Of a stretch of 64,000 nucleotides of DNA, positions 1 to 13,130 are shown in pieces. Positions within the stretch are counted from its first letter, which is position 1. Each line of letters opens with the position of its first letter. The notes beneath the pieces are model-generated. The model saw nothing but the letters and a program-made list of their open reading frames with translations, did not search any database and had not been told where the DNA came from. Location of the stretch: assembly GCA_016748015.1 (NCBI GenBank), contig JAAOMT010000400.1, positions 248,001 to 312,000 of the forward strand, given 5' to 3'. The translations under genes were made by a program, and so were the position numbers. The DNA is from Geosiphon pyriformis uo1. Lineage: Eukaryota; Fungi; Glomeromycota.

Positions 1-13
1 AAATACACCCAAT

Positions 14-1370
14 CTAAAAAAAAAGTTTTTTTAGCTCTCTAATTGTATCATCAGGACTTTTTACTGAATGGCCAATAACCTTCGGATGGGTGTAAATTTC
101 GTAATCATTTCCTCCCTAGCACAAAATTGAGTTAAATCCATCCATCTAGACAGAAAAATAATTTAATGGGATAGTACCTTGTAAGTCTTGTCACCAAAGA
201 AATGAATGGTGGTGAAACCCTCTGATTCGAGATGATTTAAGCAGTATGTCTTGTCCCATCCAGTTGGGAACACGTCAAAAGAAATTTGTCCACCTGTGCT
301 TGTCATTTTTCCAAAACCGTATTGCCAAATTATAAAAATGAGAATGATTGAAATCTCAAGACAAACCAATTTAATTACCGATTGAATAATTCAGTCCAAA
401 TTCAGGGAACTCGTTATTTAAGGCTTTTACGAATGCGCGGCGAATATTGTGTTCCTAACGAAATCAATTTGATTAATCGTTGGGGTCTTTAAGCCAGCTA
501 GGAAATCGTATTATTTTCACAAACCTGATCATATTCTTCGAATTCATTACGCTCCTCGATACTTTAAATTAATATTCTGGTAAATAACTGTCATGAGTCA
601 TAGAATATTTTCACTTTTTGTTGATTCACCTGCAATTCCTTCCTATTGGTGAAACATTTATCATTCCATTTCGGAATTCAATAAAAGTACCACTAATGTT
701 GATCAACACATTGGATTATCAAAAGCTAGAATAAAGGAGGAAGTAATGGTGACTTAAATCAAACACGAACCGTTTCTTGGGAATATCCAAATTTGCGATA
801 TGCTTCAAGATAAAATTCACTAATTTTTGATATTTTTCTTCCCCAAGCCATTTGATAAAACTCTGAAACAAAGATAACATAAATTTTAGGAAAATTTTTG
901 ATTCTTATCGTCATTCTTACCTGAGACTCTAGTTTTTGACCAAGTCGATATGCAGTGAGTCCGTTTTCAGCAAACGCGAAGTCGAAATCATCGACCACTA
1001 AGTTAATACGATCACTTTAATGAAATTAAATTCTGCAAATAATTTCTATCAGGAATTTTAAAGACTCAAACCATCAGGTCCAAGTTGTTCGGCTTGTTTC
1101 GCGATATCCGATCCCCCAACGAAGCCAATAACAACTTTTTCCCGGAGGTTTTGCAAAAGAGCAATGATTTCAGGGGATACTTTCTATTTTAATTATCAAG
1201 ATTTAAATGATTCAAATATGACATTTTGTGATTTTTCCGTAAATAAAAATTCCGTGCGAATAACGATATTAGGGATTAATTTCTACCCTACGCGCAGGCG
1301 TTAAAGTCCCGTCAACATCAAACAACAAGATGGTGTTGGGAAAAGTACGGTTTTTCCACGAATCGCTCAT
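14..1370 (-). CDS. SEC53: Phosphomannomutase (eukaryotic PMM, HAD superfamily), multi-exon
   Basis: ATG at 1370 gives [28 protein letters not shown] (HAD motif DxDGT). Later exons give [59 protein letters not shown] and GGNDYEIY, ending at TAG 16-14. About 8 short GT-AG introns. Confidence 0.96.
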
Positions 1371-1593
1371 TATTTTGTGGCTTGAAAAATATGATGCTCG
1401 GCTAAATATCAGTGAAAGGCTAAAGGTCCCAAAGTTGATGATCAATCTAATTCTAATTGATCCGTGATAAATTTAATGGTCGATGATGTCAATATTATCT
1501 AACATCCTGCACATAATATTACGTCAAAAAAATGAGCAAGAATTCACAAAATTTGAAAGTTCCTGAGCTTCGTCCTCTGCTAAATTTGTGATA
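1371..1593. promoter_or_regulatory. Short divergent (probably bidirectional) promoter region between PMM and glycogen debranching enzyme
   Basis: Head-to-head start codons (1370 on -, 1594 on +) are only 223 bp apart. No specific cis-element identified. Confidence 0.55.
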
Positions 1594-4500
1594 ATGGCGA
1601 ACGTCGCCAAAGAGAGCAAACTCATTGTATATAGGCTCCAACTAGAGGCGGACGGCTCTCTCTCTAAAGACAAACAGGTAGGAATAGGGTTACGCGTTCG
1701 TGAAGACTCTGAGCGCATCACGTTTTAGTACAAGTGATAAATTTTCCAATTTTTTAGTATGTCCGACTTCCTCCACCCGAGACTCCTTATATTCTGCGGT
1801 TTAATGTTAGAGCTGGTTCCCCAGCGTCTCATGGTAGCATCTTTTATACAAACTATCCGATATCAGGGTATGCAGATAGTTTTCATTTTTGTAGAATTCA
1901 GTTACACGAATTGTGGCTAATTACTTCAATTTCATTCAGAGGAGAATTTATAAGGGAAAAATTTTATTCTAGAAAGTAAGATTTTACAAATAAATAAATA
2001 ATTTCTGATCATTCTTATGGCGACACTAAATTTCTTGATTTTCTACTTGCTTCTACATTCAGTTTTCCCGTTGATTTTTCTCGTTCGCTTAACATTGATA
2101 TTGTAATTCGACTACCTGGTGCCTTCGAATTTTACGTAGAACATCGTGCTGACTCTACGTTATCAGGAGAAGTTTCAACCACCATCAACAAGTCAGAAAT
2201 CTGTTATTTTAACGTAGATCCCTCGCTTCATATTATACCACGCCGTCGCATATTATCCTCAAAACGGATCTCATCATTACCAACTATACCGATCCCTCTG
2301 GATGGCCTTGTCATTGAATCGGTGTTACCAAAGTTGTTAGGCCCATTTACCAAATGGGAGCCTCATATCAAGGCTATATCAGATCTTGGTTACAATATGA
2401 TACATTTTGTGCCGATGCAAGCACGTGGAATATCAAATTCTCCATATTCGATATTTGATCAATTGTCATTTTCTAGCGATTTGTTTGAAACCCATGATCA
2501 GTCAAAGAGCTCGGAAGAAAAGCTTGATATTGTTCGTGATACGCTGAAAAAGCTCGAGAATGAATATGGTATATTGAGTTTAACTGATGTAGTATTGAAT
2601 CATACCGCATGCAATAGCGACTGGCTAGAAGATCATCCTGAAGCTGGTATTTATTATTGTTGTTTTGTTTAATATATTCTATCTCATAGCACGCTAATTT
2701 GCCTGTTCTCTTTGACATGAAAAACGCGCTCTCTTCGTATCTACATTACATGATTAGGCTATAACTTGGTCAATTCGCCCCATTTGCAACCAGCTTATGA
2801 GCTTGATACTGCTCTACTTCAACTGTCAAAAGATTTGGCCAAACATGGCCTTCCAACTTTTCTCCACTCGGAAAATGATCTTAATCAGATCATAGAATAT
2901 ATCAAAATGAATCTGCTCCCCCAAATTCGTTTATGGGAGTACTACATTGTTGATATGTCAACAGCTGTTAATGACTTGAAAACTGCGTTCGAAAATGAAG
3001 TCGAAGGAGATCAGGGATTATTTGAAGGGATTGATATTACCAGCCTAAACCTTGCAGAACAGGCGGATATATTTAAAAAGCACGCAATTTCTGACCATGA
3101 AAATTTTGGTAAACGATTCGCCAAAAAAGTTAAAATTGCTGAGGCAGTTGGCTTCTTCAAGAAATGGAGTTTAAGTGAAGATTTTGTGCGCACTGTCAAA
3201 GAAGAACAAGATGAATTATTGGCGAAGCTTGAACGTGAACGACAAGAACGGGAAAATATTCGATTAGCAAAAATTCACAAAAAGCGGCAAGCAAGAGAGG
3301 ATTCTAAAAAAGCCGAGCTCGAAAAATTAAAGGAAACTCAGCGGGAAAAGTATGAAGAAGAAATGGCAAAAGAGGAGAGAGAAAAAATTGAAAGCGAGAA
3401 AAGGGAACGGGCTCGGCTTGAACAGGAGAGATTAGAAAGAGCGAAGCATGAAAGGGCGAGAATTCAACAAGCTCTAAAAAAAGTTAAAAGTCAACTGGAA
3501 AAAGAAATTGTAAAGACAATTGAACCCGCTAAAAATGATATATCAGTATCAGGACAGATTAATTTAGAGGTTTCTGAACATGGTACAAACATTATTGAAA
3601 GCCATACAGAAATCACAGTTGATGTATCTAATACAAAAACTAATAAGAATGTTTCAACTAACACAACTGTCCATGAGATGACGGTCCTTGATAAAGAGAG
3701 TATCGATTTTGATACTACCTCGACAACCCAATCACTTGATAAATTGCACGTGAATGACGATGAATCTCAAAAATTGGTAAAAGATGCCTCTATTAACGCA
3801 AAAGCTGAACAATCGTCAAAAGTCTCCTCATGCGGACCAAACTTAAATTTTCCTTATTTATAAACCAGCCTAACTTTGATAAATCCATCGAGGCATCTTC
3901 AAGTGAAGCATTGGAAGAAGAGCCTGAGGAGCCCCCGGTGGAATTACCACCGCATGATTCATTAAAACTATATTTGAAGAAACTTGAAGCTTTAATCAAT
4001 GAAATTAACCATCCACTTTATAAATTTTACGATGAAGATATTATTGTGATATTAGAAAATTTAGCGAATCGTATCAAATATATGCGTTTAGATGGACATG
4101 GCCCAAAGATGGGTGAAATTACACAAGAGTAGGTCATTTATTTTTGATATATGGAGAATTCAATGCTTTTTCTAATCATCTAATTGCATACAGGCGGCCT
4201 TTGATTGAAACTTATTTTACTCGTATTCCGCTCAATGAAAAAACTCGCAAACATCCCGAAGGTTCATTGGCTGTTGCAAACAATGGTTGGATCTGGAACG
4301 CGAATCCATTACAGGATTTTGCAAGCAGCGAGTCATATGCTTACCTTAAACGGGAGGTTATAGTTTGGGGTGATTGTGTAAAGCTAAGATATGGCAAAAA
4401 TAGAGTAACTTCTTCATTCTCAATCTTTCATTTCTTGAATAATAATAATTATTCCATACTAAACATTTTCCTCGTATGAAAAGGACGATAATCCATGGCT

Positions 4501-7500
4501 CTGGGATCACATGTCAAAATATACAGAACTCCTGGCTTCATTATTTCATGGGTTCCGCATAGATAATTGCCATTCAACCCCGATTCATCTTGCTAAGTAT
4601 TTGCTTGATAAAGCTCGTCGTATTCGACCCAATTTATATGTGGTGGCTGAGCTGTTCACAGGATCCGAAGAAATGGATATTCAATTTGTTAGTCAATTGG
4701 GCATTGGCTCTTTAATACGAGAAGCAATGCAACCATGGGATCCAAAAGAGTTGAGTAGATATGTTCACCGTCACGGTGGCAAACCAATTGGTAAAAACTC
4801 ACCCAATCGTCTTGATTATGTTATCAATTATTATAAGTATTATGGATTCTAAATTTTATTCTTTATATAGGTTCAATGGATACAGAATGTTTAACTGATG
4901 TTTCAACATGCACCAGCCCTGATGGTCAAGAAGTTTCTTGTCTCGTAATTCCCTTATCAGGATCAAAGCCACATGCTCTATTTATGGATTGCACTCATGA
5001 TAATGAAACTCCGCATCAAAAGAGGACTGCTGAAGATACACTTTCAAATGGGGCCCTGGTAGCTATGAGCTCATGTGCAGTTGGAAGTGTAAAAGGTTAC
5101 GATGAAGTGTTTCCAACCATTATTGATCTCGTTAACGAAACACGACTCTACCCAATTTATGAAGAGCCGCTTAATATTGGGATATCTCGAGGTGTTAATT
5201 CAATCCATGTTTTCATTCATGTTTGGGTTTCCTATTTTTAATCTTTAATTTTCTTCAGTCAAGAAAGTCCTTCAACATTTGCACACCGAGATGGCTTTGG
5301 ATGGATTTATAGAAACTCATGTGCATCATGAGAATGACGTAGGTTATTACTTATCGATTTTGAAGAACACCCCAATTTCATGCGCGCATTCTTGTATCAT
5401 TTCATTTTTAATAACCTAACTATCGTGGTTAGTATATTATTGTTCACCGTTTCCATCCTAATACCCTTGATGGCTATCTACTAGCTGCACATTGCGCTTT
5501 CACAGGACTAACGATGCTCCGTGGCGATTGTAAGCGATTACATGCAAATTACGTCTTTGTTATGCAATTCTTCTTTTTTAGGAATAAATCATTAATAATG
5601 TTTCCAAAATTTTCCTAGTGGCGCCGATCAATCTGCGTGGTACATTGGCTGAACTTCTTTTTTCGACATATTTAGATGTTAAATCTCGCACTGTAGATTC
5701 TGACGGGAAATTTTTGGCTGGACTACCCTCTTCATTAAAATCCCTCCACGCACCCATTATGCGTCGACGCTCAGACGCCAATGGGGATTACACTGAAGTT
5801 CTTTTACCTAAAGAATTTCCTTCCGGCAGTGTAATGTTGTTAAAAACCGCTGTTGATAACAAGCCAGATGGTATAGATGATTTTGTTGAAAGAGACACTG
5901 AGGAAGCTTTCCAAGAATTAGACTTGGTTGACTTGAACATTGTTCTTTATCGGTGTAATGGCGAAGAGCATGATACTACTCCCGGAAATGGTGTTTATCA
6001 CATTCCTAATCATGGGGATATTCCATACTGTGGCCTAGAAGGCTTCATGTCCGTCCTTCGTCCTATAATGAAGCACAACGACCTTGGTCATCCTTTTTGT
6101 GTAAATCTACGAGAAGGTCATTGGGCGCTTGACTATACAGTGCAAAGACTCGAAAGGTTTGGTTTAATGTGGACACATGTTTGCATTAAATTTCGGCTAA
6201 AATTCAATCACGTGATTATGTGTTTTTAGATATCTATTCATCGCGCCTAGACTCAAAAAGCTTGTCGATTGGTATACTTCTCGCTTCGAAGTCATTAAGA
6301 CAGTTCCTAATTTCCTGGTACCCAAATACTTTGCTCTGGCGATTAAGACAGCTTATAATGCCGCGATCAAACGAGCATTGCAGCAACTATCATCATTTGC
6401 ACGTGATGGCGGCCCCTTTATTCAATCTCTCGCTTTATGCTCACTTCAAATGTATGGTACCGTACTTTCAACAGGGTTGCACCCCACTAAAACTGGCCCT
6501 TCAATGGCTGCCGGTCTACCACATTTTACTTTCCGTCACATGCGTTGCTGGGGTCGTGATGTCTTCATCTCGTTACGCGGATTATTCATTACCACCGGAA
6601 ATTATCAAGCAGCACGTAGCCATATTCTCGGTTTTGGTAGCGTTTTAAAGCACGGTATGATACCTAATTTATTGGATGCTGCCCGAAGACCACGTTACAA
6701 TTGCCGAGATGCTACATGGTGGTATCTTCAGTCTATTCAAGATTACTGTAAAGTAGCACCAGAAGGTCTTGATTTCTTGAAAGAATCTGTTCCTCGTAGA
6801 TTTCCACAAGACGATGAATTTATTGAAGCTGATGATCCTCAAGCCTATGCCTATCAGAGCACCATTCTAGAAATCATTCAGGAGATTTTGCAGCGACATT
6901 CTCGTGGAATTCATTTCCGTGAATGGAATGCTGGTCCTAACCTTGACCACGCAATGAGAAGTGAAGGCTTTCAGATTGATATTAAAGTTGACTGGGCAAC
7001 TGGGTTTTTGTATGGTGGAAATCAATGGAATTGCGGCACATGGATGGATAAGATGGGTGAATCGGAAAAGGCTGGTAACAAGGGTGAGCCGGCAACCCCA
7101 AGAGATGGAGCTGACATTGAGATTATCGGCTTGTTAAAATCAACTCTAAGGTGGATCACCGAATTAGAAAAAAAGGGGGTGTATCCATGGAAAGGTGTTG
7201 AAATTCAAGGTATTGTTTTCATTGATTTAACTTCCTTATGGATTTCCGGGATTTTTTGTTCTAAGGAGATAGCTTCTTTTTCGACATCTTTAGTGAATGA
7301 TAAAAAGAAAGAACTTATGCACTTTTCGGAATGGAATAATCTTCTTAAAAAGTCCTTTGAAAAATACTTTTATATACCAGTTGGTAAGACAAATAATTTT
7401 GATTCCCTTCTTAATGCGATTAATTGACTAAATAATCATGTAAATTCAAGATCCCAAGGAGGATTCAAAATACGATATCCAGTCTCATATGGTACACCGT

Positions 7501-8322
7501 CGAGGTATTTATAAGGATACATACAGGTCAACTAATGCACATACAGACTATCAGCTACGGCCAAATTTCCCGATTGCCATGGTTGTGGTATGTATTTATT
7601 AACTTGACGGAATGTGCCCAAATTATAACGTGAATTCAATTACGAATTATTTCTTTTCAACACTCCGGTATTAGGCCCCCGAGTTGTTCGATAAAAATCG
7701 TGCCATGAAAGCTTTGAACGTTGCACGTGAGATTATCCTGGGCCCTGTGGGAATGCGTACCCTTGATCCTCAAGATCCTGCTTATCGTGGATATTATGAT
7801 AATGGCAATGATGGAACGGATAAATCAGTAGCCAAAGGTTGGAATTATCATCAGGGACCGGTATGTGATTGATTTTTATCGCTTGCTGCTTAAAATTGGT
7901 TTAATGAAATAAATGATTCCTGGGCATCTAGGAATGGGTTTGGGTCACTGGCTATTTTCTTCGTGCATACCTTTACTATGACACAAGGGTTGGAGCTGGC
8001 AAAGATAATGTAAATTTTAATATTTTTCCTTGAGTTAGTCTCAGCCAGATTTCGAATTAACATCTTTATTATCTCCTAATTTCTGGGGTTGAAATCTATT
8101 CTCAAATCTTGAAAGCCACATGAGACGATTCACAACATTACCCGAATCCTTTTGCCTCATCGTAAAATTATTGAGACAAGTCCATGGGCTGGTCTTCCAG
8201 AATTGACGAACGCTGACGGTGCTGAATGTCATGACGCTTGCCCAACACAAGCTTGGTCGGCAGCAACACTTTTGGATTTATTTGATGACATCAAAAATAT
8301 GGGGACATCATTTCAACAATAG
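1594..8322 (+). CDS. GDB1: Glycogen debranching enzyme (bifunctional 4-alpha-glucanotransferase / amylo-1,6-glucosidase), multi-exon
   Basis: Exon 1 [22 protein letters not shown]. Motifs [40 protein letters not shown]. Catalytic motifs [17 protein letters not shown] and DCTHDNE. Glucosidase-domain motifs [42 protein letters not shown] and QAWS. Stop TAG 8320-8322. Many short GT-AG introns. Confidence 0.97.
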
Positions 8323-8624
8323 ATTAATAACATTTCATATTTAAATAAGTTAATTTAACGAAATCGTGGTCATTAATCACTAATAAAATTATTTATTTTG
8401 AAAGAATCCTTTAAAGATTTGCTACATGAACCCAGTTTGCTTTATCTATTAAGATGTGAAACCTTTAACATTTAGTTTGTATAAAATGTACATCCCCACT
8501 AGAAAAATCCAATGGTTTCCAAGAAGTGCCTTGATTTTTAACCATCCCATATTCACAAAAATGAAGGGATCCAGATATATCACACAATTTCGAGTTATAA
8601 CATTTGCTTGCTTGAATCTCAAAA

Positions 8625-10421
8625 CTAAGCTTTCTTCATCTTTTTTCCATGAGCGTCAGGCACTTTTAGAATAATAATCGCGAAAATGAAAAACATAGCG
8701 AGCGAACCAGCGCCATAACATTTTTCCGACCCGGAAATCCAGTATAAACTACAAGCAGCCATTGGCCCAACAGCACGGCCTAACTGACCAAATGATCGGA
8801 ATGTACCAAGAGCCTGTCCTTTGGAAAGTGTAAACGATGAAATGTTGCTATTGGAGGACGTGTGTTCTTGATCATCATTCTCATCACATTGCATCGTTGC
8901 CAATGATGTTAGGCAATTAACCACGGTGGCAGAAGTGATCGCCAAGAGTGTTGCTCCTATATAAAGCCATATTATATCATTGGCCGTTGGTTTCAGGGTA
9001 GCAAAGATAGCTAATGCGATAGCACATGAGGCTACTCCTTGACCCACTAATTTCTTTTCACCGATTTTATGTCCATATCGATGGATATAACCACCTTGGA
9101 TTAATGCAGACAAAATTCCAATATAGCCGAGTAATTTTCCATTTTGCATATTCGAGAAATCAAATAGGTCAAAGGTTAAGAATGTAAGGGTGAATTCCAT
9201 TCCGGCAAAAAAGAATAGATATAAAAAATGCACAAAATTTAGGATCTGCAAATTTTGGAAGCGTTGTAACCGGGATATCGGATTTGCTAATGTCTTATCA
9301 ATGCCATTTTCTGTAAAATCTTTTTCTAGCAGGGGTTTTTCAAGAAATTTTATCGTGTCTTCTGACATTTGAAGGTTGGCTGTTTCGGGCAAAGCAATGT
9401 AGAGGTATAAGGTTTCTATGCTAAGTAAAATCAGTGCAACAAAGGCAGGAGCTGAATAGGGGCTCAAACCCCATTTTACAAGAAGAGGAAAAAGTGCTGC
9501 CAAATTTTTTGATGCAAAATAAGCCCCAAGAGCTGGACCTATGGTAAAAGAGATTGCAAAAGCGATACCAACTAGAGCCTAGAAAATTACTAGAAGTGAT
9601 TAATATGATACTCATCTAAGCTTGCAAATTTAGCTCAGAATATTTCATAAATCATAAATACCAATCCCTTTGAACGCGTTTCCCGAGTAGTAACGTCTGA
9701 CATGATCGCAATTGACATTTGCACATTCCCTTCACTTAAACCACCAACTACTCGAGCCCACACAAACCAGCTGAATGATTTAGCAAATAACCATAAAAAT
9801 GTTGATAAAATATTTCCAATCTTGAAAAACATATTAAAAATTTAACAGAAAATAAACAAATTAGAAAATGCGTTCAATGAATAGATGACAATACCATAAG
9901 AGAAACTCACCATTGTGACTAACAAAGTCGCTCGTCTTCCATATCTATCTGAGAAAGCCCCAATTATCGGAGATGCGACAAATTGTAATAACGAATACAA
10001 TGATCCCAAGGCCCCACCCAATAACACAATATCCCATTTGGGATTACTATTTGGATTTTTGCGGTAACCACCAGTATCATCAGCACTCACCGTTTCAATG
10101 AACTCTTTAAAAAACTTGATCTTTCTTAGAGACCATGATAACAATGTTGTCTAAAGGAAGGTAAGAAAGATAAGGATTTTTTACGGTTTCGGAAGGGAAT
10201 TCAGGAAAAAAATCTACAAATACCTCATCGCCACTTTCTCGTTCCCGATAGTCCTCCAAAAGTCGTGGGAATAAGGGAAGAATGATAGTGAACGCTAAAA
10301 GGTCTAATAATAGAGCCACAAACACCACTCGAACAATTTTTTTGAACTGAACTGAGTTTGATGGCGGTATGTCTTGTCTTCCTTTTAGATTTTCCTGCTC
10401 CAGGATTCTGTTACTGGACAT
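8625..10421 (-). CDS. Major facilitator superfamily transporter, MFSD10/TETRAN-like (tetracycline-efflux-like), multi-exon
   Basis: [16 protein letters not shown], motif [24 protein letters not shown], motif C-like [30 protein letters not shown] and [18 protein letters not shown] pieces are joined by GT-AG introns; stop at 8625-8627. Confidence 0.92.
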
Positions 10422-10739
10422 GACGAAAGCCTATTTATGTGTGAGAAACGATACAACTTGTGATAAGGTTTTTAAATTAATACCATAATTTAATTTATTA
10501 ATTAATAAGTTAATCATTTAAACAATATTTTTTTTTTCCATGAATCATTTTATACATGATAAGCCATTTGAGCCAATTAAGACTACTTTAGATTGAAAAT
10601 AAACAACAAATTCTGTGCTAATACAATTTAAACAGGCAACCACAATTTGGCCTTCTTTTACTTTTTTTAATATTGAAGCTTTACAGAAAATTATCTTACT
10701 AATTATATTTTTATTATTAACAAAACTTTTGTATATATT

Positions 10740-11150
10740 AGCAACCAGTTTAATAATATTATTAATTTTGTAAATATCTAAATAACAATTACAGAATTAG
10801 ATTTTTTCTACAGTTATCAAAAAAATACCAAAACAATTTAAGAATTTTAAATTTTAAAAAAACTTTTTTTGCATTAAAAATAATTATAAAAGATATTATA
10901 AAATAAAAAACGCAAAAAACAATAAAAAATAATAGTTTTTAATATAAAATACTAAACTGTTAAATTAATAAATTATCTTAAAAGTTAAAAAATAATTTTA
11001 AAAATCCAAAAAAACAAATTTATAATTAATAATTATATTGTTTAAATTTTATTATTTGTAATAATATTAATATTTGTAAATACAATATTTTTTTAAAGTA
11101 TTAATTTTAATAATAATTTTTTTAACTAAAAAAAATTTATATATTGTTTT
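10740..11150 (-). mobile_element. Highly eroded LINE ORF1 fragment (family C, zinc-knuckle region)
   Basis: Visible similarity to 37480-37580 (tacaatatttttt.aaagtattaattttaataa), which back-translates to TLKKCCIW..CxxCxxxxHxxxxC. Confidence 0.45.
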
Positions 11151-11269
11151 TTTATTTAATATATTATAATTAAGTATGATTTTTTTATTATCTAAATTAT
11201 AAAACACATATAATTTAATTTAATAAAAAAATTTTATTTATTAATATTGTTTTAAGTATTAAAGTATAA

Positions 11270-12960
11270 ATTAAAAGTTTTTTTTTATTTTATTTTTATA
11301 ATCATAATTAGAGCAAAAAATAAAAAAGATTTTAACCATTACTTTTTTTATAATGACTAATAAAATTTTAACAAAAAAAAGTTTTTTATTATTGAAACAA
11401 CTAAACAAAATATTCTAGTAATATTTTTTTAAATATTAATAGTAAAAAGCTGTCTTTAGTAGCTTTTAAAGCATTTTTTTTATATTTAACTAGTGGTTTT
11501 TTTTTAATTAAAGTTTTTTTTAAGAAACATATTTAAATTAGTTTTAGTGTTGTTTTTATTTTCTTTAAAAACTTAATAGTTTTTAACAACAGACCAGTTA
11601 ACAAACTGGTTTTTACTGTTTTTACTATTAATACTATTATTACTACTTTATAATAGCCAAAAAAGCCAAAAAATCAAAAAAACAACAATAGTTATTTGTG
11701 TTTATTATTATTATATTAAACTATTTTGTAATTTCAGATGAGATCTTAAATAAAATTTTCTTAACAACAATCAGTTCTTTTCTTAATATAGATAATAACA
11801 ATAATAACATATTTTTCAAAATAAGCCAAAATCAGTTATTGATTATATTGCCAAATATAATGTCTTTTAATAAATTATTACCAGTTCTAAAAGCAAAACA
11901 ACTTATTAAATTACCTAATCTTAAAAATTGGGCTAATTAAATAAAAACTAAATTAATTTTTGTTTCTTTGTTTTTTGGTATTATTTTTGATAATACTTAA
12001 AAAACAATTTTTAATCATCAAAAGTTTTTTAAATAAGTGGCTTTTACTTTAGTATTTGGCTTTATTTTTAAAATCAAATTGGTTTTAATTAATTTTTTGT
12101 TTTGTTTATTGTCTGGCTTTGTTAATTTAAATTAGTTTTTAAAAACAATATTAAGTTGTTTTATGTAAATTTTGCTATCAAACCTTTTTTAATTGTTATT
12201 ATTAAAGTTTTTATTCATGGTTTTTTTTAATCACATTTAAAATTACAATATCTTTTATGGTGGCTTTTAGTTCTGTTTTTTTATTTTTATTGTATTTTAT
12301 GATATATATTTTTGGCACATTTCTTGATAATATTAATAATGTTTTTGGTATTTTTGATATTATTATCTTTGTTAAATTAAAGTTTGTTAATTTGTAACAA
12401 TATGTTGTTATCAATTTTAAGAACTTTTTTTTTACTGCTGTTGTTTTTAATAATTACACAAATGTTATATTTAGTAGAAAACTTTTGAATACTATTACTA
12501 TTATAAATATTAAAGTTTAAATTATTTGTTAATTAATTGTGAAATGTTTTTATTTTTTTTTTTAAGTTGTCTCTTAAGTTTATTATTGGCTTTAGACTTT
12601 TTATGTTTTTTTTGTTAATAAAAAGTCTTATGCTAAGATTTTTGCTTTTTTTGCTTTTTTTTCTATTGTTTTTTTAGTTGTTTCTGCTGTTAATTTTTTT
12701 GTTAAGTTTAAATTGAAATTTTTAGAAACTCAAATTTTTAATTTTTAATTTGATAAAATTTATTGTTAAGTCTATTGGTTTTTTGGTTATTTTGGTTATT
12801 AGTTTTCTAAATAAGCATATTGGCAAAGTTTTTTAAGTAAAAAAAAATTCGCTTACTATAAAATATGTTATTAATAACTTTACTATTTTTTTGTTAATAT
12901 TTCTAAAAATTTCATATGTCTTAAGTTTAAAGTTAAATTTGGTAAAATAAACTATAATAA
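11270..12960 (+). mobile_element. Eroded LINE 5' end plus ORF1 (family C)
   Basis: Colinear similarity to 35945-36830 (+) and 38606-39990 (-). Residual ORF 11698-11940 (VISDEILNKI..SQNQLLIILPN..LPVLKAKQ..LKNWAN) matches ORF 39327-39524. Downstream RRM-like and CCHC remnants parallel ORF1 of the more intact LINEs. Confidence 0.7.
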
Positions 12961-13130
12961 AATTGTTATTAGCTAAAATTTAAAATATTATTTAACATGA
13001 AATTATTTTTATAATTTCTATAATTAATTAGTATATATTATTATTTCAATTTATTATTTATTATCTTTATTAAATTATCCAAATTATTATTTAATTAATA
13101 ATCTGATTTGTACAAAACACAAATAAAACT

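Noticed and set aside
1524-1721. Small minus-strand ORF, and other short ORFs opposite genes or LINEs (e.g. 2473-2718, 32516-32812, 40334-46902 plus-strand ORFs, 59467-59937)
   Set aside because: Antisense or shadow frames of identified coding sequences, with no independent motifs.
3822-3868. 47-nt intron with GTCTCC donor, or a frameshift in GDE
   Set aside because: A better phase-0 donor (GTAAAA at 3777) gives a typical 92-nt intron, so no frameshift is needed.
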